From: a plasmid | Sequence record: NZ_CP128202.1 | Direction: 5' to 3' (one strand) | Length of the DNA stretch: 64,000 nucleotides | Part shown: positions 34,248 through 43,079 of the stretch, piece after piece | How the letters are laid out: each line of letters starts with the position of its first letter | Numbering within the stretch: position 1 is the first letter of the stretch | The notes under the pieces: model-generated | The model's database searches: none | What the model saw: the letters and a program-made list of their open reading frames with translations, nothing else | What the model was told of the DNA's origin: nothing | Made by a program: the position numbers and the translations under genes

Positions 34248-34808
34248 TTAACTTAGTTTTTCTTTATAGCCTTTTATCGATGCGGTTATTGGTATTACCC
34301 TCTCTTTGATTGGAATCGATTTTAATGGCTCATGAGAATGTTTTGAAGCAGCAAGCAGATGAAAGTGTGATTTCATCAAATTCTTAACCACGCTTCGATG
34401 AGAATAAAGAACATCTTCCATCTCTTCTATCATCTCCAATTCCCATTCACGAGCATGTTTGAACTGTGCGCGTTTGTATTTACCCTCCCTCGGTGTTGCA
34501 ATGGCTTTGACTACGCGAATTGTTTTACTCCCACGCTTAACAAATTGAACCCTAATCCATCGGCATGTGAATGCAATGCCAGTAAATTCCAAACGAAACT
34601 CGTAATTCGTTGATTCAGTCCGTCTGCTGGCATCACCTCGACGGCTAAGCTCTCGCTCCGCCACCTTGCGCATCCAGATTGAATGCACAATCTTAGCTCC
34701 CTCGTATTCTCTGTCTATCTGTGCGTATATTGCCGCTTGTATTGCTGCAAATGACATCTTTAAACGATCTCCATTATGCTTAAAGTTGTTTTCAACAAAT
34801 TTTACCAT
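34248..34808 (-). CDS. hypothetical basic protein (186 aa), first gene of the island block
   Basis: ORF with RBS. An imperfect palindrome lies about 10-35 bp upstream of the start. Confidence 0.45.
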   Translation of the reverse strand: MVKFVENNFKHNGDRLKMSFAAIQAAIYAQIDREYEGAKIVHSIWMRKVAERELSRRGDASRRTESTNYEFRLEFTGIAFTCRWIRVQFVKRGSKTIRVVKAIATPREGKYKRAQFKHAREWELEMIEEMEDVLYSHRSVVKNLMKSHFHLLAASKHSHEPLKSIPIKERVIPITASIKGYKEKLS

Positions 34809-34815
34809 AACAAAT

Positions 34816-34843
34816 GTAGTAACAAAATGTAGTTACATTTTGT
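34816..34843. promoter_or_regulatory. Imperfect 20-bp palindrome caaaatgtagttacattttg upstream of the 186-aa gene (candidate operator)
   Basis: Seen directly in the sequence. It differs from its reverse complement at one position. Confidence 0.3.
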
Positions 34844-35256
34844 ACTAACAAGTTAAGGACAAAATAGCATGATTTTTTGTATTATAAGTCATAGGCGACC
34901 TTCGACTCGCTTGGTCGGATCGCCAGATGGGATGCAATGATCGCCAAATCTGGCTTGGTGCTGGTAGTGATAGCTGTCCAAGATGAGGCGTTTTTCTGGT
35001 TGGCTACAGAGGTGATGTGTACTGGCAATTTAACATAATTACTTATATCTTTGCGATTTTGGAATTATTTTTGATGTGGTAGGATTAATTTAATTCTAAT
35101 TTATTAATGGATGGATATGTTTATGGAAGGTATAGTTGTGTTGGTTATTATGTATTTTTGGATGCGATTTGTTTTTAAACTTATCATTCCTCGCTGTAAT
35201 TCTTTTAGGAAGTTTATTTGGTATTGTATGCTAGGGATTTTTTAAAATTGAGGTGG

Positions 35257-35508
35257 AACATGAGTAAAATAATTCATATTTTTATTTGTATTTTTGCAGT
35301 GGTTGTGAATTTTACAACGGCTTTTGCAAGCACAAATCTTTTGAGTGATGATGGTGATAAGTTGTTGGTCGAATCAATTGTGTCATCAACTTTTGGTAAC
35401 TCGGATAACCTATCATCTATCAGTGACTACAATATTCATAACGCAAAAATAAAAGCGGCAGAATTTACAGGTGAAGTGAATATGTCGACTCCCGCACTAA
35501 GGTTGTGA
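35257..35508 (+). CDS. small secreted hypothetical protein
   Basis: An internal Met gives MSKIIHIFICIFAVVVNFTTAFAS, a signal peptide. The gene is isolated in an AT-rich region. Confidence 0.35.
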   Translation, partial: NMSKIIHIFICIFAVVVNFTTAFASTNLLSDDGDKLLVESIVSSTFGNSDNLSSISDYNIHNAKIKAAEFTGEVNMSTPALRL

Positions 35509-35767
35509 ACGGACGTATTTCTAAGCAACAGGTTAGAGTCATTTCTTCCAGTTATGTGCGACTCGTCTCATTGGATGAACGCAAAGCGGTAGATGATTTG
35601 GGTAATTTTACTCTGACCTCAATTGCTACGTTTGAGTTAAGAAAATCTGATGTCATGAATCATGATTAAAAGACTTAAAAATGAGGAAGATTTACTTGAT
35701 AGAATTCAAAGTTTACAATCAAAAAATGATGAACTTATGTTGATTATTGAACGTCTATCGTCTGGTG

Positions 35768-36928
35768 TTAATTTTGCTTTTCTAGCACTACCGGTTCGTA
35801 CACTGCTTCTTCTACCGCTTGGTTTTCTGTTTCACCAAGATCGAAGCTGAAATCGTCATCGCTGAACGCGAAGTCTGATTCTGGCTCTTCACTGGTTTCA
35901 ATCGCCGTCTGTTCAGCCGAGAGAACCGCATCACTGGTCACAGTGGTTTGGTCATCAATGGTTGAATCCCCAAGATCGAAGCTGAAATCATCATCGTTGA
36001 ACGCGAAGTCTGATTCTGGCTCTTTCATTGGTTCCAACGGTCCCGCATTCTGAGGTTCGGATTGAACGCTCGCCATTGCAGGTTGATTGGTTGATGCTTC
36101 TTGCAGACTCTTCATGAGAGTGAGCAATTTTTCCTTATTTGCCATACGAAACAGTAATCCAGACAGGATGTTGGTTTCGTCAGTGGACAGCTTACCCGCA
36201 ATCGGCATTTGCTCTTCGACCTTTTTGATTTCCTGAACAAGTCGAGAAAATCGGCCATTGAGAAACGCTAACCCTTCCACCTTTTCTCGCAATCCGACTA
36301 GGCCGTTTACGTTGGTGCGGTTGGGTGCAATCGCGTCTGTTAAGCTGGATAAAAGCTTATTCGCAGTTTTCAAAATGTCGTCATCAAGAGAATTGCTTAA
36401 ACCATCGATCTCTTTGCCCATGCTGATGTCCACAGACTGAACCGCAGCTTGAGCCGATTGCACTTTGAACATTGAGTAGCTTGCTGAGATTTTGCTTTTG
36501 ACTTCTTGTGCCGGTGTTAATGCGGCGCGAAGTTTTTGCTCATACTCAGGATACTTTTTAACCCATTCATCTTGGATTAAATCGTGTCGAGAACAATACG
36601 CGTCAGCTTCTTTTTCGTAGTCATGAACAATTTTGCTCAATCCTAACGCCAAAGCATCGGCCTTGGAGGACGGTATCGCATAGCCACCCATAAATCGGAT
36701 GCCTACACTCAGACACAAACGCTCCGCTTGACGTTTCAGGGTATTAAATACCTTGAGGTCTTTGGGGTCAGTTGTGTATTTCGAACCTAAAGAGATGATC
36801 TCTTTCGGCGGGGTTTCCCCACGAAGAGATAAGTCGCTTTCTGCCAACTTTTTCCGACCTGTCCAGGTTGAAAAACGTAAGTGAACGGCGACGACATCGT
36901 TTAGAACGTTGATGTTTGAATTGCTCAT
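35768..36928 (-). CDS. DUF3150-like protein with two C-terminal acidic repeats
   Basis: The N-terminus (VHLRFSTWTGRKKL...SLGSKYTTDPKDLKVF...GIRFMGGYAIP) resembles DUF3150 proteins of ICEs. The C-terminus carries the motif EPESDFAF[NS]DDDFSFDLG twice. Confidence 0.5.
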   Translation of the reverse strand: MSNSNINVLNDVVAVHLRFSTWTGRKKLAESDLSLRGETPPKEIISLGSKYTTDPKDLKVFNTLKRQAERLCLSVGIRFMGGYAIPSSKADALALGLSKIVHDYEKEADAYCSRHDLIQDEWVKKYPEYEQKLRAALTPAQEVKSKISASYSMFKVQSAQAAVQSVDISMGKEIDGLSNSLDDDILKTANKLLSSLTDAIAPNRTNVNGLVGLREKVEGLAFLNGRFSRLVQEIKKVEEQMPIAGKLSTDETNILSGLLFRMANKEKLLTLMKSLQEASTNQPAMASVQSEPQNAGPLEPMKEPESDFAFNDDDFSFDLGDSTIDDQTTVTSDAVLSAEQTAIETSEEPESDFAFSDDDFSFDLGETENQAVEEAVYEPVVLEKQN

Positions 36929-36973
36929 AATGGTATCTCCAATTTTTGATATAAAAAAAAGGACATACCATTA

Positions 36974-37005
36974 CCCGCTAGGGCAAATGATATGCCCTAT
37001 GGCGG
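36974..37005 (-). repeat. Related palindrome (X-type hairpin only) upstream of the DUF3150-like gene
   Basis: cccgctagggca...tgccctatggcgg. Confidence 0.4.
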
Positions 37006-37055
37006 TGTAGAAATGTAGATAAGTCGCGCTAAACGCTAGGACTTATCTTTCTTTT

Positions 37056-37166
37056 TCAGTGCTTTTTTGCGAGTTGTCTGTCGCACCAAGCGTTGATTTG
37101 AGGGGAATAAAGAGCCACTAAACTGACTATTAATCCACCAGCGATAATCACAAATAAACCATTCAT
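37056..37166 (-). CDS. candidate small membrane peptide (36 aa)
   Basis: MNGLFVIIAGGLIVSLVALYSPQINAWCDRQLAKKH with an aggag RBS. Confidence 0.2.
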   Translation of the reverse strand: MNGLFVIIAGGLIVSLVALYSPQINAWCDRQLAKKH

Positions 37167-37199
37167 GATGATCTCCTTGTTTATGTTCTATGCCAAATA

Positions 37200-37445
37200 T
37201 TACTCTTGTTTTAACTTTTTCGCAAAAACAGTGAATACAATACCTGACACGATTAGAGCGGCCATCTTCACATCGATACCCGTTTGGATCGCATAGACGT
37301 AGGAGCCAGTGTAACCAGCTATGCCTAAATTCCCCACATGAGTACCAATTTCCTTCCGATGGCAAATTATCCAACCTGAACATTTCTTGATTTGTGCAAC
37401 AAACCAAAGATAGGCAATCACATAATCGAACATGTATAACTCCAT
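37200..37445 (-). CDS. small membrane protein (81 aa)
   Basis: Two hydrophobic helices. The start codon sits inside an 8-bp inverted repeat ctccataa/ttatggag. Confidence 0.3.
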   Translation of the reverse strand: MELYMFDYVIAYLWFVAQIKKCSGWIICHRKEIGTHVGNLGIAGYTGSYVYAIQTGIDVKMAALIVSGIVFTVFAKKLKQE

Positions 37446-37464
37446 AAATTATTATGGAGTACCT

Positions 37465-37494
37465 ACCCACACGGGATAGATACCCCGCGTGGGT
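37465..37494 (-). repeat. Related palindrome (X-type hairpin only) between the AAA gene and the small membrane gene
   Basis: acccacacggg...ccccgcgtgggt. Confidence 0.4.
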
Positions 37495-37503
37495 TAAAGC
37501 TGC

Positions 37504-38457
37504 TTAGTTGTTGTTAAAATCAGCACCAAACAACGCTACAGCTAATGTTTGAATAGTTTCACGTTCTTCTTCTTCCGAGCAGCGGTTTAACAATGCACGA
37601 TCAAGCGCGTAGCTTAATGCATTGTTTGCTCCTTGGAATCGTTGAGTGAGTATCGCCCAACGAATTAACGTGCGAGTTGAAAAGGTGATCGATAATTCTG
37701 AGTCACCTTGCTCCCCTTTGAAGATAGCGCGAACCTTATTAGCCAGCTCAATCATCTTCTTACGCAGCACTTTAGGAATGTTCGGTGCCAGTTTTTCCAG
37801 TACCGCCATTTCCGTATCTTCGCTGGCGTAATCTTCTTTGATCACCACAAAGCGGTCCATGAACGCCATGTTTAGGCGGTTCACTCCCATGTAGTTGCCG
37901 TCACCACCAGATCCGTTTGAGTTCGATGTTGCAATCAAACGAAATGCGGGGTGAGGTCGTACAATTTCGCCGTTAAGCTGAGTGATCACGAGTGGCGCAC
38001 CTTCCAAAATGGCATTCAGGTTTGCCAATTCCGCCGGATCAACCAAGTCGATCTCGTTCAGAATCAGTACATGCCCTCCGCGCATCGCAGTCGTCAGTAC
38101 GCCATCCATCCAGACAGTATTGCCGTTCACTAATGTGTATTGGCCCACTAAGTCCATGTACTCAGTCGAACCGCCACATGTATAGCTTTGGGCTGGATAA
38201 TTTAATCTGGCTAGTACCTGCTCAACCGCTGACGTTTTACCGCAGCCGGTTGGACCGGTGATCATCAAGCCATCGCCAAATGAGCAATCCAAAAACGCCA
38301 CGATGTCGCGTAACGTTTCCCGACGAAAGATGTAGTCTTTCTTGGCCGGAATATTTGGATGTCCACTTGGTGCAAAACCTTCAACCGTAACGTTTGTGCC
38401 AGGAAAACCGAACACATCCATTGGGTAGCTTTGCGGAGTTAGAGTTAGAGTAGTCAT
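37504..38457 (-). CDS. AAA_5-type ATPase (CobS/MoxR/NorQ-like)
   Basis: Walker A GPTGCGKTS, Walker B VLILNEID, and sensor regions. Confidence 0.8.
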   Translation of the reverse strand: MTTLTLTPQSYPMDVFGFPGTNVTVEGFAPSGHPNIPAKKDYIFRRETLRDIVAFLDCSFGDGLMITGPTGCGKTSAVEQVLARLNYPAQSYTCGGSTEYMDLVGQYTLVNGNTVWMDGVLTTAMRGGHVLILNEIDLVDPAELANLNAILEGAPLVITQLNGEIVRPHPAFRLIATSNSNGSGGDGNYMGVNRLNMAFMDRFVVIKEDYASEDTEMAVLEKLAPNIPKVLRKKMIELANKVRAIFKGEQGDSELSITFSTRTLIRWAILTQRFQGANNALSYALDRALLNRCSEEEERETIQTLAVALFGADFNNN

Positions 38458-38479
38458 AATGTTGTCCTTAATTAATCAA

Positions 38480-38512
38480 TAAAAAAGGCAACTTACGACT
38501 CCCCTAGTGGGC
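38480..38512 (-). repeat. Bipartite hairpin element, left half; the right half lies at 39757-39778, split by the ISAs1 insertion
   Basis: Joining the two flanks across the TSD gives aaaaaaggcaact..cccctagtgggcagc..agttgcc..gcccgataggg, again with four arms. Confidence 0.45.
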
Positions 38513-39746
38513 AAGGGCGGGATCGAACTTTAACCACTGAAAATAAAAGACTTTATTTTATTGGGAACTTTTCAAGGTAATCACGATCTGATCATGAAGT
38601 TAAAAATATGAGAAACTCGTGCATGATTATCATTGAGCAGCTAAAAAAAGTGAAAGATACCCGTTCGCATATCAACCAAGTGTATCCTGTTATGGAAGTG
38701 GCTTTCTTGGTCATAACCGCCATGATTTGTGGTCAAAATAAGTGGACTGATATTAAGGATTTCGGCGAAGGAAATATCGAGTGGTTGCGTGAGTATCTCC
38801 CCTACGACAATGGTCTCCCCACTCGGCATAATATTGCCGCGATAATGAGAACTGTTGTACCAGAGACGCTCTTGGAAGCGATGGTAGGCTGGGTCAATTT
38901 GCACAGAGAAAAGCATGCTCAGCCCATAATCAGCGTTGATGGGAAGGTTCTAAAAGGAGCGAAAGCAAGCAAACAAGAACACCCTCTCTATATGGTTTCG
39001 GCATTTGACGTAGATGAAGGTTTGACTCTCACACATCAACCTTGTGACGGTAAAGGTATGGAGCTAATAGCGATAAAAAACATGCTCGACGCTTTGGATG
39101 TCAGAGGGTGCTTATTAACTGCTGATGCGCTTCATTGTCAGGTTGAAACACTGAATAAAGTGGTTGATAAAGGTGGTGATTTCTTAGTGCAAGTCAAACT
39201 GAATCAGCCAAGTTTGTTAGCAGAGATTGATGCGCAGTTCCAAGACTATTGGGCTTTGCCAGAAGAACAACAGGAATCGTATATCACTGAAGATAAAGGG
39301 CATGGAAGAGAAGAGATTCGTGAGGTTTACGTGCTTCCTGCCTCCTTCAGCGAAGAACTCAAAGATAAGTGGAGTGTTGTAAAAAGCATTGTTGCGGTGG
39401 TAAGAGATAGAAGCGTCAAAGGGAAAGGAAGCTATGAAACATCGTACTACATTTGCACAGACCATTTGTCTTTAGAGTTAGCCTCAAACGCAACAAGGAA
39501 ACACTGGAACATCGAGAACCAGCAGCACTGGGCTTTGGACGTTATTTTCAAAGAAGACGAGCAGCGAATTTACGCTGGGGACTCAGCATTGAATATGGCT
39601 TGTTGTCACCGATTTGTGCAGAACCTCTTCAGGAAGTCAGAAGGGAGCGTGTCTGTACCAAGGAAGATGAATAAGGCTACGTGGGACAAAGATTATAGAG
39701 CAAAAGTTCTCTTTACATCAGCTTAACAAAGTACGTTCGCGCCCTT
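38513..39746 (+). mobile_element. ISAs1-family insertion sequence with 10-bp target-site duplication
   Basis: Ends are AAGGGCGGGATCGAAC... and ...reverse complement AAGGGCGCGAACG. It is flanked by CCTAGTGGGC at 38503-38512 and 39747-39756. Confidence 0.7.
38608..39726 (+). CDS. ISAs1-family (H-repeat-associated) transposase
   Basis: 372 aa with DDE_Tnp_ISAs1-like motifs (VISVDGKVLKGA...LLTADALHCQ...HWNIENQQHWALDV). Confidence 0.85.
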   Translation: MRNSCMIIIEQLKKVKDTRSHINQVYPVMEVAFLVITAMICGQNKWTDIKDFGEGNIEWLREYLPYDNGLPTRHNIAAIMRTVVPETLLEAMVGWVNLHREKHAQPIISVDGKVLKGAKASKQEHPLYMVSAFDVDEGLTLTHQPCDGKGMELIAIKNMLDALDVRGCLLTADALHCQVETLNKVVDKGGDFLVQVKLNQPSLLAEIDAQFQDYWALPEEQQESYITEDKGHGREEIREVYVLPASFSEELKDKWSVVKSIVAVVRDRSVKGKGSYETSYYICTDHLSLELASNATRKHWNIENQQHWALDVIFKEDEQRIYAGDSALNMACCHRFVQNLFRKSEGSVSVPRKMNKATWDKDYRAKVLFTSA

Positions 39747-39823
39747 CCTAGTGGGCAGCTTTCAGTTGCCCGATAGGGTTGATATTCATTGAATTAGTCA
39801 ATCGCTCGACTAATTCCCTCTTC

Positions 39824-41056
39824 TTAAAAATGCATGTTTCGTACAGATTTTTCGAAGAAATTACTTGGTGACGTTGGGGTAGCGATCATTGGAATGACCT
39901 TGGCGGTTTCTGTCGGCTCAGGCTCAGTTTTCGGTTGAGTCTCTTCCGGCATTAACGCGCTTGGCGATTTCACCGTCATCACGTTTAACGATTCGGCTTG
40001 CACCGGTTCCGTTGAGTGTTCAGGTTGAACGTTCGCATTGTCGCTGGTTTGAACAGTCGGTGTGATGGTTTCTGGCTCATCAGTTACATTGACTAAGTAG
40101 TAAGACGACCCTTTCTTCGTGTGCTTAGCTAGTAACTCTGGTGGTATCGCCACATTGAGATCCTTCGCCAGCTCATTAAGAACCGCTTGGTAGTCCACAC
40201 TGCCATTTCGTTCCACTCGCGTAGCCCGAATACCACCTTTATCGAATGTTTTGACATCACTAGGGATTTGCTCAGTGAAGTAACTTTCAAGCTGATTCAC
40301 ATCGGCCTTGACCGCATTCATTTTGCGTTCAATCTCACCTAGATACGCTTTTTTCTCTTTCAGTTGCTCCACTCGGCTTAGCCAGGTTGGATCAACTTGA
40401 GAAAGTGGCGTGTCGTACACAACGGTATCGCGGCCTTCCATCATTGGCGGTGGCGTCTTAGTTTGCACCAAGTTCCAGAACCACAATGCTTTTTGTTCCG
40501 CTTTTTGGATAAACGCATCGTCACGTTTAATGTTTACCGCAATTGAACGTTTACCGCGCAAGTAAAAAAACAAACGACCTTGAGGGCTTCCGGCGCAGTT
40601 AAGTTGCCACTGCACTTGGGCAGCGTACATCTTGAACGTTGGCGCTTTGGATTGAAGTTCAACAAGTTCGTTGTAGATCTTTTCACAAGGACATTTGATT
40701 TCGAGCACTTCCCGAATGCCTTTAGAGATGGCTTGTAGGCCATCCAAAGACGCTTTGAACAGTGGATTATGGTCTGCTTCTACGCACACTGGCATATACA
40801 CAATGCCGTATTGATCTTCCACGGCGCTTCGCGCTTCCGGCTCTTGCTCGACACCACGTTGAACGTGAAAGTTTTTAGACAGGTCATCTGGTTGTTTATA
40901 ACCGACTAACTCTGCCCACAGTCCGTATGGGGTTTGATAAGGTGACAGGCCCATAATCACAGGGATCATGGAGGCTGTAATGCCCGTTTTCCGCCACGCA
41001 AACCATTTTTCACTACGTTGTACTAAGTCAACAATAGGCATAAGTGCCTCCTTCAT
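39824..41056 (-). CDS. YqaJ / lambda-Exo-type (PD-(D/E)XK) recombination exonuclease with C-terminal extension
   Basis: The N-terminal 200 aa carry WFAWRKTGITASMIP...GLW...EIKCP, which are YqaJ viral recombinase motifs. The C-terminal about 200 aa are unassigned. Confidence 0.7.
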   Translation of the reverse strand: MKEALMPIVDLVQRSEKWFAWRKTGITASMIPVIMGLSPYQTPYGLWAELVGYKQPDDLSKNFHVQRGVEQEPEARSAVEDQYGIVYMPVCVEADHNPLFKASLDGLQAISKGIREVLEIKCPCEKIYNELVELQSKAPTFKMYAAQVQWQLNCAGSPQGRLFFYLRGKRSIAVNIKRDDAFIQKAEQKALWFWNLVQTKTPPPMMEGRDTVVYDTPLSQVDPTWLSRVEQLKEKKAYLGEIERKMNAVKADVNQLESYFTEQIPSDVKTFDKGGIRATRVERNGSVDYQAVLNELAKDLNVAIPPELLAKHTKKGSSYYLVNVTDEPETITPTVQTSDNANVQPEHSTEPVQAESLNVMTVKSPSALMPEETQPKTEPEPTETAKVIPMIATPTSPSNFFEKSVRNMHF

Positions 41057-41065
41057 ATTGTGTTC

Positions 41066-41113
41066 AATAAAAAGGGCGCACTATCCCCTACGGGCAGTGT
41101 CGCCCGTTAGGGT
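41066..41113 (-). repeat. Bipartite hairpin element, copy between the 133-aa gene and the exonuclease gene
   Basis: On the + strand: an A-run, then arm gggcgcact, arm cccctacgggc, arm agtgtcgccc, arm gcccgttagggt. This makes two overlapping stems (1:3 and 2:4). Confidence 0.5.
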
Positions 41114-41138
41114 AGATGGATAATTAGGGTACTTTCCT

Positions 41139-41492
41139 TTATAGAGAAACGGTCACGCAGTATTCACGCGAGCCATTGTGGTTCTGGTAATCCGAGCTCA
41201 CCGTTTTTAATTGCGCCACTGTGTGCTGACTGCTCAACGTCACCTGTTCGGTGAGAACATCTTGGGTTTGGGCTTGGCCCTTGCCTTCGGTTGTGATGCT
41301 TTTCAGTTCCGTTCTGGCATTCACGGTGGCCCCAAGCTCATGAGAGAGTTGCCCCTTTGCCAATGCCTTTGCGGTGATTTCATCAACCACCGGATTGCCA
41401 GTGTCCGGCACACAGGCTGAGCCGGTGATCGTCTTTGAGGCCGCGAACTCACTCACCACCAGTAAGCTGACCAACAACAGATATTTATTCAT
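41139..41492 (-). CDS. small secreted protein (about 117 aa from MNKYLLL)
   Basis: Signal peptide. Overlaps the upstream gene by 8 nt. Confidence 0.45.
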   Translation of the reverse strand: MNKYLLLVSLLVVSEFAASKTITGSACVPDTGNPVVDEITAKALAKGQLSHELGATVNARTELKSITTEGKGQAQTQDVLTEQVTLSSQHTVAQLKTVSSDYQNHNGSREYCVTVSL

Positions 41493-42684
41493 ATTTCCAC
41501 TCGCTCGATTCTTTTTCCGGCACCACCACCACACGCGCATCCAGTGAACTGATGCCCTGCAGTTCCGCTTGAGTCACGTTCTTGATGATGACCGGATTGC
41601 GATAACGGGAACGATGGTCAGCATCTAACATGCGGTTATCTTTGGAGTCATTGGAGAATTGAAGCGCGAAGTTGCTCCCTGCGAAGAAATCGCTTCGGCC
41701 ACTGATTGGCAAATACCCCACTTTGTTCGCCGCTTTAATCTCAATAGCGACTGTATGACCGGACAGGTAATCCAGCAATTCGCCGCTGTAGGGCTTTAAT
41801 TGTTTATTGCCACGGTTATTGTACGAAGGGAACTCAATGGTGTAGGGCGGTGCATGTCGGTCTTTCTCTTTCAGTACCAGATAATTCGACATGACGCTGC
41901 GCACCGGTTTCATCGGGACATTCCAACGCACCGGAACGTGAATGTTGTACGTTCCGTCAGTGTTCTTTTTGAACTCTGGATTGCCAAGCGAAATCTTTGT
42001 TTGGGTTTTTAAGTAGCCAAATACATCTCGGTTCACGGCCTCTTTCGCCAGGTCGTAGTCTTGTCCATCCAGCATCGCCAGTTGGAAAAGAGTACCCTGC
42101 TCGAACACTTTCTTTGTGGCCGCACGATTGCTATCGAGCTTTGCCAACACCGCGTCACGCTCAGCCAGCAAATCCGTTCGTGCGCCCTCGTTAATCTTGC
42201 GGGTTAACTCAAGCACTTCGCCGCGCAGACGTTGATTGTCTTTCTCAAGTGCGTCCATCTTGGCCTTGCGTTCTGGATCGCTTTTCAGCTTTGCCAACCC
42301 ATCACGAATGGACGCTTTGGACAGCTTTATTTTAGCGTAGGTATCGAGCACGAGACTGCCATTGGCTCCTACTGAACGCTTATCTTCACGGCTTAACACC
42401 TCAAGAAACCCTGCCGTTAACACGCGCACTTGTTGTTTGGTGATGGTTTGGTTTGACACCTGCAGCACCGATTCAATGTAGGTTCCGGCGTAGTCGGAAG
42501 CCGATTTCTTGGCTTGCTCTAGCGTGATTTCTCTGGCACTGGTTAATGTGTCGTTATCACCAAGCACATAACGTTCCGTCACGTTCAGCGTGATGTGGTC
42601 CTGATTCTCGGAATCCAGCGATACGGCGGCATGAGTAGAGAAAGACAGCCCAACCAGTAGGGCCAGTAATGTTCGATTCATCAT
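41485..42684 (-). CDS. secreted protein with central coiled coil (399 aa)
   Basis: Signal peptide MMNRTLLALLVGLSFSTHA. No family recognised. Confidence 0.55.
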   Translation of the reverse strand: MMNRTLLALLVGLSFSTHAAVSLDSENQDHITLNVTERYVLGDNDTLTSAREITLEQAKKSASDYAGTYIESVLQVSNQTITKQQVRVLTAGFLEVLSREDKRSVGANGSLVLDTYAKIKLSKASIRDGLAKLKSDPERKAKMDALEKDNQRLRGEVLELTRKINEGARTDLLAERDAVLAKLDSNRAATKKVFEQGTLFQLAMLDGQDYDLAKEAVNRDVFGYLKTQTKISLGNPEFKKNTDGTYNIHVPVRWNVPMKPVRSVMSNYLVLKEKDRHAPPYTIEFPSYNNRGNKQLKPYSGELLDYLSGHTVAIEIKAANKVGYLPISGRSDFFAGSNFALQFSNDSKDNRMLDADHRSRYRNPVIIKNVTQAELQGISSLDARVVVVPEKESSEWKYE

Positions 42685-42695
42685 TTCGTCCTTTG

Positions 42696-43079
42696 TTAGT
42701 CAGCCCGAAACCAGTGAGAATCCAACCCCATGCTGGCGCACGCGGTACAAATCAACTCGTTTCCGTTGTTCGTGATGATTATCTCCAAATCTGGCCGGAC
42801 AACGCCGACGATATCTCGGTTACGCATCGTGACCACGATTTTGTTCCCCCTGACCAGAAACGGCTTATCCATGCTGCCAAATTTGCTTGAGAGTGTTGCG
42901 GTATCGTGAGTGAATTGAAGCGTAGCGTTTTGTTTCGACTCAGAGTATTTGCCCTTGATAAATTCTTTATTGAAGATGTCTGACACATCAGCAGGAGGAT
43001 AATGAGCGGTATCAGAATCACACCCTGATACCGCCAATGCGCTCACCAAACACCATTTACTCAGGCTTGATGAACTCAT
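42696..43079 (-). CDS. lipoprotein (start assumed at MSSSSLSKWCLVSALAVSGC)
   Basis: Lipobox AVSGC. The longer ORF overlaps the upstream gene. Confidence 0.45.
   Translation of the reverse strand: MSSSSLSKWCLVSALAVSGCDSDTAHYPPADVSDIFNKEFIKGKYSESKQNATLQFTHDTATLSSKFGSMDKPFLVRGNKIVVTMRNRDIVGVVRPDLEIIITNNGNELICTACASMGLDSHWFRAD

Noticed and set aside
37036-37470. A 144-aa ORF rich in Cys and Trp overlapping two small membrane ORFs.
   Set aside because: Its composition looks like an out-of-frame artefact. The in-frame small membrane peptides with RBS are more plausible.
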